A DNA stretch of 37,392 nucleotides, taken from the IMG/VR virus record IMGVR_UViG_3300025103_000064, positions 1-37,392 of that record. One strand, 5' to 3'. The position numbers and the translations under genes are program-made. The stretch comes from a virus. Lineage: Duplodnaviria; Caudoviricetes. Below, piece by piece: positions 1-7,634 of the stretch. The notes under the pieces were generated by a model, which was not told the DNA's origin, made no database searches, and was given only the letters and a program-made list of their open reading frames with translations. The first letter of the stretch is position 1, and each line of letters opens with the position of its first letter.

Positions 1-1
1 A

Positions 2-106
2 CGAGCTATAAATACTTTAACTAAAGCTGGTAAGTTAACTAAAACCGATGAGTTACAGAAGAGTAGCTATGGTAAGAACGCACATATATGGAGATTAAAT
101 GATTAA
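2..106 (+). CDS. 3' end of an ORF truncated by the window edge; probable winged-HTH DNA-binding protein
   Basis: Open frame RAINTLTKAGKLTKTDELQKSSYGKNAHIWRLND* ending TAA at 104-106 and overlapping the next ATG (99). A helix followed by G-x-L-x-K and a beta-wing ending in W is typical of phage wHTH C-termini. Confidence 0.45.
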   Translation, partial: RAINTLTKAGKLTKTDELQKSSYGKNAHIWRLND

Positions 107-431
107 GCTGCTTGATAAGAAAATAACACTAAATTCAGATGTTGGTAGCCGTAGATGCATTCTGACTAAAGATGAGCATCAATGGATATTAATAACAGGT
201 CCCCCTCATGTGACTGAAGAACAGATGATTAAAAGAGGGACTAGATATTTTTATAAAGACGTAGAAGCATTCTTAACTGCCTTATTATTCAAGAGATTTA
301 GGGCATTAGTAGATGATTGGGATGAAAATAAAGTAATTAATGCTGTTAATATGGCTAAGACTGAAGTAATAGCAGTAGGACGTGAAGTAGAAGCAAATAC
401 GAAAGGATTATTAATATATGAATCAAGTTGA
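99..431 (+). CDS. hypothetical phage protein (110 aa)
   Basis: GGAG RBS at 90-93 before ATG; overlaps the upstream stop; no recognised motif. Confidence 0.7.
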   Translation: MIKLLDKKITLNSDVGSRRCILTKDEHQWILITGPPHVTEEQMIKRGTRYFYKDVEAFLTALLFKRFRALVDDWDENKVINAVNMAKTEVIAVGREVEANTKGLLIYESS

Positions 432-537
432 TGCGCCCGTATGTTTAGAATGCGGGGATTATATTGTAGGATATGCTGCAGAACTAGAACAAAAGGTATG
501 TTCTGACTGTCAGGAGGCATTAGATGCCAAGGCTTAG
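418..537 (+). CDS. small zinc-ribbon protein (39 aa, not in ORF track)
   Basis: MNQVDAPVCLECGDYIVGYAAELEQKVCSDCQEALDAKA*; CxxC...CxxC; GAAAGGA RBS at 401-407; overlaps both neighbours. Confidence 0.65.
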   Translation: MNQVDAPVCLECGDYIVGYAAELEQKVCSDCQEALDAKA

Positions 538-757
538 AGATAAAGAAGCAAATCCGACATCAAGAGTTAAAGTTTGCCAATCATGTAGGCGAACATGGGA
601 ACGTTGGTGCTATGGGTCACAATCAGGGATAGAGTTTTATGATGATTTTCCGACCCGTGGTATCGAAAGACAACGATGCATACATTGCATAAAGGAGATG
701 AAAAATGAAATACAGTTTACAATCAAAGATTACAGACCACAGTATAGACTTAAATAA
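524..757 (+). CDS. small zinc-finger protein (77 aa)
   Basis: AGGAGG RBS at 512-517; CQSC...CIHC motifs. Confidence 0.7.
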   Translation: MPRLRDKEANPTSRVKVCQSCRRTWERWCYGSQSGIEFYDDFPTRGIERQRCIHCIKEMKNEIQFTIKDYRPQYRLK

Positions 758-2423
758 TCTAGCTGAGAGAGTAATAGTAGGTCCACAAGAAGAAGTATTA
801 AGAGATATTGAGAGCTTTAATCATAGATTTAGAACAGATATTAGATGTACTAAAACATTTAGATGGGAGCCAGGATTCTATAAGAAGCTAAAGGCACTGC
901 AACTAAAGACAATGGGCTTTGATAAATCTTCTAGAACAGTAAGGACATCGTTTACTAAAGTTGCTAATAATGACTGGTATTATAGACAATTAAAGCAATC
1001 AGTTACAAGAATAGATGGAATGTTATATACATTAAGATCTAACAACATGACATTTCAGGATAACACTGAATCTGTAACTGAAAGTACATATGAGTGGTTT
1101 AATAATATCATGAGTACAACTGAAGTCATAAATAATGGTGATAATCCATATACATTTAATGTTTATCATGCTAAAGGTGGTGATGAATTGCAAAAGGATT
1201 ATATTGTATTTATCATTGAAGTAGATGAATTTAACATGGATATAGGTAATAATGATGCTTATGCACCCATTAAAACGGGCAAGGTTAAAATGTTTGTTGC
1301 ATTAGACTTGGTTAGAGTAATCGGTGCAGTTATATCCGATAGAGTTACAAACTTCGGCAATGAATATATGCATCATGGTCATAGACTAGGTGGACAGTAT
1401 CTACCCACGGCGAGAGGTTTATATTTTCCATACATAAGTAGTGGTAGAGGTTATCACTCTAGGCTTATTGATCATAGCCTAGTAGATGATTATAGTAGAA
1501 TGAATACACCTGATCTAGAAGACTATGATGGAAACTATGGATATGGAAATGATGTAGATGGTTATACATCTTTATGCTTTGGAGATTTAAAAGATAAGAT
1601 TTTAATTCCAATGGCTAAAGGTAGGCTTGATGAAGTTGTGTTTTGGTTAAATAAGTGGGGTAGTTTCTATAATATTAATACAACAGGACCATTGAACAAT
1701 TATACTAAAATGTATCATGGATCTCCAGCTATATTGTATAATGATGATATGGATGGAATCCTTAGCCTTCGTTCATCTAGAAACTGCGAGTATACTGTAC
1801 CAATCGTTCAATCTGAATCTTATTGTGATATGTATGAATGCACAATGAGAGATCTTTGCAGTAGATATGAAAATGCTTATACTATTGTGGATGATGAAGT
1901 TAAAGCGATGAGAGAGCAAGTATTAGCCAATTATATGATATCTAAACGGTATACATTCGAACGATTAGCTGATTCAAATGAACATGCTGACATGTTAGAT
2001 AGAGCATTAAACCAAATGGATAGAAATTGGGGTACCGCAGAAGCTCATGTTGATGATATGATATCTAGTATAAGGTCATATTTTAATGTAAATGTAGCGC
2101 CTGACTCCATTATGTATATAATGGCTTCTCTTGCTAGAGAGGTGAGTTATGGTGATACCATGGAATATATGGATGACTATGACAATGGTGAAATTGGGTT
2201 TTATGATTGGTTAGATCAACATTATCCTAACAGAACTATAAATCCTGAGATAATACCAATGGAAGTAGCATCATCTGAACCTGTAAGAGACACTAATGAG
2301 CTAGAAAGAATGCTATTAGAGGCTTATTCAGCATCAGGAAGAGGTATACCAATACAAGTTCATCAATCAGATCTAGATCATGAAGCTGAAATAGCACATA
2401 ATGATGCTGAAGTATCATTTTAA
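705..2423 (+). CDS. large protein with a putative prokaryotic E2 (ubiquitin-conjugating-like) domain
   Basis: AAGGAG RBS at 692-697. Motifs FPYI (res 241-244), SLCFGD (Cys291) and L..W...YN resemble the HP/FP-x-I...C[LF]G core of prokaryotic E2 families. Lies directly upstream of JAB and E1 genes. The ORF is certain; the E2 assignment is an inference. Confidence 0.55.
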   Translation: MKYSLQSKITDHSIDLNNLAERVIVGPQEEVLRDIESFNHRFRTDIRCTKTFRWEPGFYKKLKALQLKTMGFDKSSRTVRTSFTKVANNDWYYRQLKQSVTRIDGMLYTLRSNNMTFQDNTESVTESTYEWFNNIMSTTEVINNGDNPYTFNVYHAKGGDELQKDYIVFIIEVDEFNMDIGNNDAYAPIKTGKVKMFVALDLVRVIGAVISDRVTNFGNEYMHHGHRLGGQYLPTARGLYFPYISSGRGYHSRLIDHSLVDDYSRMNTPDLEDYDGNYGYGNDVDGYTSLCFGDLKDKILIPMAKGRLDEVVFWLNKWGSFYNINTTGPLNNYTKMYHGSPAILYNDDMDGILSLRSSRNCEYTVPIVQSESYCDMYECTMRDLCSRYENAYTIVDDEVKAMREQVLANYMISKRYTFERLADSNEHADMLDRALNQMDRNWGTAEAHVDDMISSIRSYFNVNVAPDSIMYIMASLAREVSYGDTMEYMDDYDNGEIGFYDWLDQHYPNRTINPEIIPMEVASSEPVRDTNELERMLLEAYSASGRGIPIQVHQSDLDHEAEIAHNDAEVSF

Positions 2424-2446
2424 ACTAATAAGAGAAAGGGGTAAAA

Positions 2447-3355
2447 ATGAATCAATCATTTTACACATCAGAGGCAAACTGGCAAAAACTGCATGATTAT
2501 GCGCAAGTAGCGTATGATAAACATAGATCAGAAATAGGTGGTATGTTAGTTGCCGTAGAGGATGAAGACGGAGACTGGATACTTCAAGATCCTGTTATAC
2601 TTAAGCAAGAAATATCTATGTCTAATTGTATATTAGATAAAGATGCTCTTGCATTATATTATACTAAGGCTGGAGTCAAGCACAAGGACTCTAACTTTAG
2701 ATTTGTATGGTGGCATAGTCATCACACAATGGATGCTTTCTGGTCAGGAACAGACTTAACTGCCATTAAAGAATATTCTGATGGTGATTTTAGCTTTGCT
2801 CTAGTAATAAACCTTAAAGGCAAGCATATATTTAGAGTTTCATGCTGGAAGCCATTTGAGATGCATATAGATACAAAGGTTGAGCTACTTGAAGGCAAAG
2901 AGAGAAAGATGCCTAAGAAAGTATTGAATGATGTTGAAAAGTTATGTAGTAAACGTAATTTTGTATATGGCAAGAACCATAAACAAACTAAATACACTCC
3001 ATATAATCCTCAGCAGACATCTTTAATCAAAGCTGTTGATGTAGACTCAGATATGGAAGCTAAAAAAGCCATAGAACTAGTTACATCTATTAACTATAGG
3101 TTTGCAGCTGGTGAGCTTGATTTTAAAGGCTGGATGAGGATTGTTAATGCATTTAATCTTAATCTTAATGATTGGTATATAGATGATGTGATAACTGAAG
3201 CTCAGCTAAAGAAAGATGTTATTCATCGTAAGTCTGAAGACTTTATTGAACCATTATATTCTGCTGAAGATATGGCTACAGTATTATCTGAAGAAGGAAT
3301 TGATGATAAGAAAGATGAATGGTATTTTAATCAAAGCTATGGAGGTATATACTAG
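2447..3355 (+). CDS. JAB/JAMM (MPN+) metallopeptidase, deubiquitinase-like
   Basis: EIGG glutamate plus an exact H-x-H-x7-S-x2-D motif, HSHHTMDAFWSGTD (nt 2714-2755). Confidence 0.9.
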   Translation: MNQSFYTSEANWQKLHDYAQVAYDKHRSEIGGMLVAVEDEDGDWILQDPVILKQEISMSNCILDKDALALYYTKAGVKHKDSNFRFVWWHSHHTMDAFWSGTDLTAIKEYSDGDFSFALVINLKGKHIFRVSCWKPFEMHIDTKVELLEGKERKMPKKVLNDVEKLCSKRNFVYGKNHKQTKYTPYNPQQTSLIKAVDVDSDMEAKKAIELVTSINYRFAAGELDFKGWMRIVNAFNLNLNDWYIDDVITEAQLKKDVIHRKSEDFIEPLYSAEDMATVLSEEGIDDKKDEWYFNQSYGGIY

Positions 3356-4014
3356 TGATTAATGAAAGATCAAGTGGATTGGTAAACAATTTAGGGGATT
3401 TTCATTTTCATATTCTTGGTTGTGGGGCTATAGGTAGCTCCACTGCCATGCAATTAGCGAGAATGGGAGCTTCTAACTTTTGTTTATATGACATGGATAC
3501 AGTAGAGAATGTAAACCTTGGAGTTTCACAATATATTATTAATGATATAGGTAAACCTAAAGTCTTAGCATTAAAAGATCATTTAGAATCTATAGGTGTC
3601 CCAAATATCTATACTTACAATGAAAGGTTCTCAGAGTTTTATCCTCAAGGAGAATCAGACATTGCAATATTAGGTTTTGACTCTATGGCAGCAAGATTAC
3701 AAGCAGTGGAAGCTTTATGCTCAAATCCTACTATTAAGCCTAAACACTTAATAGACGGCAGGATGGGGGCAGAGCACTATCAACAGTATATCATTGATAA
3801 ACCGACTGTAGGTAAATACAAGAAAACATGGTACTCAGATAGTCAAGGATCTCCTGAACCTTGTGCTGCAAAGGCTACAGCATACTGCGCATTTATGAGT
3901 GGTAGCTTTATAGCTAATGCAGTTCGCAAGTTAGCAACAGGACAACCTTACAACAAGGAATTTTCGTTCAACTTTCCAAATATGTTATTGGAAAAGTCAA
4001 CGATGACAGTGTAA
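3355..4014 (+). CDS. ThiF/MoeB/E1-family adenylyltransferase
   Basis: GTG start with GGAGGT RBS; ILGCGAIG Rossmann loop, LYDMDTVENVNL, DIGKPKV, GFDSMAAR, IDGRMG; candidate catalytic Cys170 in PEPCAAKAT. Confidence 0.92.
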   Translation: MINERSSGLVNNLGDFHFHILGCGAIGSSTAMQLARMGASNFCLYDMDTVENVNLGVSQYIINDIGKPKVLALKDHLESIGVPNIYTYNERFSEFYPQGESDIAILGFDSMAARLQAVEALCSNPTIKPKHLIDGRMGAEHYQQYIIDKPTVGKYKKTWYSDSQGSPEPCAAKATAYCAFMSGSFIANAVRKLATGQPYNKEFSFNFPNMLLEKSTMTV

Positions 4015-4028
4015 ATTATACTATAATT
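3988..4028 (+). promoter_or_regulatory. putative promoter TTGGAA-N18-TAAATT with an overlapping inverted repeat AATTATA-C-TATAATT
   Basis: Located at the end of the E1 gene ahead of the replication genes; the same architecture occurs on the - strand at 23787-23827. Confidence 0.45.
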
Positions 4029-4062
4029 ACAACACTGATACTCCTTATTTGTGTGTAACCCT

Positions 4063-4095
4063 GGGGGTAGATTCCTATGAATTTGCCCCCTTCTC
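4063..4095 (+). terminator. GC-rich stem-loop, terminator-like
   Basis: GGGGGTAGATTC-CTAT-GAATTTGCCCCC forms a 12 bp stem with two G-U pairs, followed by TTCTC (weak U-tract). Confidence 0.6.
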
Positions 4096-4124
4096 AACTA
4101 ATCCCTAAAACGTAGGAGACTTAA

Positions 4125-4640
4125 ATGTCAGATAATGAAGGAACCACCACTGTGGAAGATTATATCGACCCCAGTGAAGGACCATTTGATTATATAATGG
4201 TCGAAGAGAATACATCTAAAACTGTTGGAGCTATAGCTGGAGCATTAGCTAAGGCCCAAGGTGAGATGACAATGGTAGAAGCTAAAAGCACTAATCCATT
4301 CTTTAATAGTAAGTATGCATCACTAGCATCAGTGCTAGAGACTGCAATGCCTGCATTAAATAAACATGGAATAGCATTAGTTCAAGGTAATAGGTGGGAT
4401 AATAGCGATAATGGATTCTATATTACCTCAACATTAATGCATAGTTCAGGTGAATGGATAAAGAGTGAGATACGTATGCCTATAGCAAAGAAAGATGCTC
4501 ATGGTATAGGTGCGGCTACTACATATGGAAGACGATACTTACTAAGTTCAATGGTAGGTATAGCACAAGCAGACGACGATGGCAACCAGGCTGTAAAGCG
4601 TGCTCCACGTCCGAGTGATCAAGTAAACAAGAAAGGTTAG
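4125..4640 (+). CDS. erf: ERF-family single-strand annealing recombinase
   Basis: NPFFNSKYASL, LMHSSGEWI and GAATTYGRRYLLSSMVGI..DDDGN are signature ERF motifs; AGGAG RBS. Confidence 0.9.
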   Translation: MSDNEGTTTVEDYIDPSEGPFDYIMVEENTSKTVGAIAGALAKAQGEMTMVEAKSTNPFFNSKYASLASVLETAMPALNKHGIALVQGNRWDNSDNGFYITSTLMHSSGEWIKSEIRMPIAKKDAHGIGAATTYGRRYLLSSMVGIAQADDDGNQAVKRAPRPSDQVNKKG

Positions 4641-4642
4641 TA

Positions 4643-5176
4643 ATGGCAAGAACATTAACACTACCAAAGAAAGGTTCAGGCAACTGGACAGAAGGATGGC
4701 ACACATTAACAATATCTAATGCAGCATACGGAGAGTGGAATGGCTCTAAGTATATTGATGTATGGTTTGAAGGGTATCCTGATAACTTTAATATGCGTAT
4801 GTATGCTAAGGTTGGCAAAGATGGTGAAGAGTTTGCAATAGGCAATCTATATCGCTTTGCTAATGCTGGTATTACAGATGCATTAGAGAGTGCAGAAGGT
4901 GATACTGTGCTTAAGATTGATGATAGTGAAGAAGCATTAAAAGGTAAAGTAATTAATGCATATTTCTATAAAGATGGTAAGTTTACCAGAGTATTACCTA
5001 ACGTAGCACCAACAGAGTTCGCTAATGTAGTGGATAAGTTTGATGCTAAGGACGTACAATACTTTAAAGGTAAAGCAGAATCATTCTTTAGTAAATGGGT
5101 TGAACCTAAACTAAAGGATGTACCTCATGAAGAGACTGCAACCACTGAGGATGCCACAAGTGACATTCCTTTCTAA
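4643..5176 (+). CDS. putative single-stranded DNA-binding protein
   Basis: Follows ERF; beta-rich; acidic tail ending DIPF, typical of phage SSBs. Confidence 0.7.
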   Translation: MARTLTLPKKGSGNWTEGWHTLTISNAAYGEWNGSKYIDVWFEGYPDNFNMRMYAKVGKDGEEFAIGNLYRFANAGITDALESAEGDTVLKIDDSEEALKGKVINAYFYKDGKFTRVLPNVAPTEFANVVDKFDAKDVQYFKGKAESFFSKWVEPKLKDVPHEETATTEDATSDIPF

Positions 5177-5185
5177 ATAGATAAT

Positions 5186-5242
5186 AATAATGCAGGGTAT
5201 GGTGTATCCTACTAAGACAACTAGCGCACCTTGCATTATTTT
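5186..5242 (+). terminator. long stem-loop (terminator, attenuator or processing site)
   Basis: AATAATGCAGGGT (5186-5198) pairs with ACCTTGCATTATT (5228-5240) with one G-U; ends ATTTT just before the primase RBS. Confidence 0.5.
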
Positions 5243-5257
5243 AATAAGGAGTAATAA

Positions 5258-7045
5258 ATGATTAAAGAATTTGCTTTTGGGTTATCAGAGCGACATTATT
5301 TCCAAGATAGCTCCAGTGTATGTGACTGGATGAATATAGACAAAGATACCTATATGTCATTATATGAATTTGATGATGAGATTACTAATTTCTTTGCGAA
5401 TAAACACACTTTATCTGGTTTCGATGGCTTAGTTTATATACCTGACGAATTTATATTAGATGTAGATGGAAAGGATAAAACTGACCTTGAAAATGCCAGA
5501 CAAAAAACAATTGGACTACTCATGCTATTGGATGATCTTGGGGTTCCTTATCGTATTTATTTTAGTGGGAATAAAGGATTTCATGTCGGTATACCATCTT
5601 CTGCTTTTAGGTGGAAACCTGATGCTAATCTGCATCTCAAGGTCAAAGACGCGCTAACTAATGCAGGTATATTTGATTTTGCAGATCCATCTGTAACAGA
5701 TAAGACAAGGCTAATAAGAGTTGTAAATACAATGAATCTTAAAGCAGGTCTATGGAAGCGTGAGATAAATCGTAAAGATCTAGATAATGCATATATAACA
5801 GAACATCTACAGAAAATAGCTAGACATCCAGGTCCAGTATCTGATTTTGAACTTGAATGTGATCCAGTATTTGATGTAATGGAGAGAGTTAAGTTTGATC
5901 AACAAAAAGAACCTGAGTTTATATCACAAGGGAGAACGCCAGACCCAGTAAACTATCCATGTATAAATAGTATGTTATCCAGTAAAGAATGTGGATCAAG
6001 GCATGCTACAGCATTGCGATTAAGTGCTTGGTTTAGATGGCTATATCCAGAATCTGTTGTGCAGGTTATAATGGAGCAATGGAGACAACAAGTTGATGAC
6101 CCTGAATCACCATTTAAAGCTAAAGAAATGGAAAGTATAGTTAATAGTGCATATGATGCACATGGTGGATCAGGTAATAGATATGGTTGTGGTGATAAGA
6201 TCATGGATGACCATTGTAAAAATACATGCAAACTCTATAAGTCCAAGAAAAACCAGACAGTTATGGACTCCAACACTATGGAAACATCACTGATTAATTT
6301 CTTAACAAGCAACCAGAAGCCTCTTGACTTTGGTGATATATGGCCAGGTGAAAACTTTCCTATATATCCAGGTGAAGTAGTTGTTGTTCAAGCTCCTCCT
6401 AAGAGTATGAAGACTATGTTCTTACAGAATCTTATGAATGGGTTTAAGAGACCTACATACTTTATAGAGATGGAAATGTCTCCAAGGCAAATATGGTCTA
6501 GGTTTGTTCAGATAGAGATGGGCTGGAGTGAAGAAGAGTTACGAGCTCACTATGCTAAAGGTAAAAATGGTATGGATGAAAGATTCGGCTGGCTTACAGT
6601 TGACTATTCATGTCCATATGCAAATGAACTAGATAAGCGTATATCAATGCTATCAACGAAACCTGAAATAGTAGTGGTTGATCATATGGGATTATTTAAA
6701 TCTAAGCATAGAGATCCGAACATGAAGACAGAGGAAGCATCACAAGCATTAATGGAAGTTGCAGTTAAGCATAATATAGTAGTATTCACTGTTAGTGAGA
6801 TTACTAAAGGTGCATTCCATGAAGGCAATATGAATGTTGCTTCAGCTAAAGGTTCATTTAGAACAGCATATAATACTAATAAACTTCTATCAGTTATACC
6901 ATCTAAGAGTAAGATGACAGGACTTATTGAAGAATTACGCATTAGGTGTGAGGCTAATAGAGAACGTGAGCATGTAGACATGAAGCTAGAAGTAATAAAC
7001 AACAAGCTAATTAAGAATGAATTAGCAGTAATTGGAGAGTACTAA
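5258..7045 (+). CDS. AEP primase(-polymerase) + PriL-like Cys domain + SF4-type helicase fusion
   Basis: AEP motifs ILDVD, YFSGNKGFHV, DKTRLIR; YPCI...YGC...HC...C region; helicase VVVVQAPPKSMKT, FIEMEMS, VVVDHMG; AATAAGGAG RBS. Confidence 0.85.
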   Translation: MIKEFAFGLSERHYFQDSSSVCDWMNIDKDTYMSLYEFDDEITNFFANKHTLSGFDGLVYIPDEFILDVDGKDKTDLENARQKTIGLLMLLDDLGVPYRIYFSGNKGFHVGIPSSAFRWKPDANLHLKVKDALTNAGIFDFADPSVTDKTRLIRVVNTMNLKAGLWKREINRKDLDNAYITEHLQKIARHPGPVSDFELECDPVFDVMERVKFDQQKEPEFISQGRTPDPVNYPCINSMLSSKECGSRHATALRLSAWFRWLYPESVVQVIMEQWRQQVDDPESPFKAKEMESIVNSAYDAHGGSGNRYGCGDKIMDDHCKNTCKLYKSKKNQTVMDSNTMETSLINFLTSNQKPLDFGDIWPGENFPIYPGEVVVVQAPPKSMKTMFLQNLMNGFKRPTYFIEMEMSPRQIWSRFVQIEMGWSEEELRAHYAKGKNGMDERFGWLTVDYSCPYANELDKRISMLSTKPEIVVVDHMGLFKSKHRDPNMKTEEASQALMEVAVKHNIVVFTVSEITKGAFHEGNMNVASAKGSFRTAYNTNKLLSVIPSKSKMTGLIEELRIRCEANREREHVDMKLEVINNKLIKNELAVIGEY

Positions 7046-7467
7046 TGACAAAAGATAGATACGATGAGTTCTTTGCAGAAATCATTGATGAGATTAAAGA
7101 AACAAGAGATGAGGGACAAAAGGAGTATGCTCATGATGTAATTAATGTATTTGCAAACTTTGAAAGAACAGCAAGGCAATTAAGTACAACAAGGGATAAA
7201 GTGCTAATGACATTTTTAATGAAACATATGGATGGCATTATAGCTCATGTTAATGGGCACACATCTCAAAGAGAAGATGTACGTGGTAGGATTAAAGATG
7301 CTATTGTATATCTAACCCTATTATGGGCAATGGCTGAAGGTGAAGCTAATGTTGAATGGGGAGTAGAAGAGTTCCTAGCTGATAGTGAACTAAAGAATAA
7401 TGGAACTACATTTAACCCAGATACTGGCGAAGTATCGTATCAAGCAATAGGAGATGAAACAGTATGA
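7045..7467 (+). CDS. all-alpha nucleotide pyrophosphatase-like protein (Nmad1/DUF1599-like)
   Basis: KEYAHD..VFANF, KHMDGI and EDVRGRIKDAIVYLTLL pattern. Confidence 0.6.
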   Translation: MTKDRYDEFFAEIIDEIKETRDEGQKEYAHDVINVFANFERTARQLSTTRDKVLMTFLMKHMDGIIAHVNGHTSQREDVRGRIKDAIVYLTLLWAMAEGEANVEWGVEEFLADSELKNNGTTFNPDTGEVSYQAIGDETV

Positions 7468-7634
7468 GTATGCAAGATAGAATGGCTGATGATGCTGATT
7501 GGAAAGACAGTATAAATGCATTTAGAGAACAAACCTCAAAACGTATGCTTGATTTATTCAGGCAGATAAATGAACTGGAGCTAATAGTTGAAGAATTTGC
7601 CAACTCTAAGCAATCAGAATCAGAAGAGGGCTAG
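7464..7634 (+). CDS. small acidic helical protein (56 aa, not in ORF track)
   Basis: ATGA overlap with the upstream stop; AGGAG upstream; MSMQDRMADDADWKDSINAFREQTSKRMLDLFRQINELELIVEEFANSKQSESEEG*. Confidence 0.6.
   Translation: MSMQDRMADDADWKDSINAFREQTSKRMLDLFRQINELELIVEEFANSKQSESEEG

Noticed and set aside
3335-3355. JAB protein ends YGG-IY, resembling a cleavable Ubl-type Gly-Gly precursor tail
   Set aside because: The GG codons are the GGAGGT Shine-Dalgarno of the overlapping E1 gene, which explains them; no beta-grasp domain is evident upstream. Worth revisiting only if conserved at protein level.
3355-4014. ThiF gene as an auxiliary thiamine/molybdopterin biosynthesis gene
   Set aside because: No thiS/thiG/moaD/moaE neighbours, no CxxC motifs, and it is linked to JAB and E2-like genes instead.
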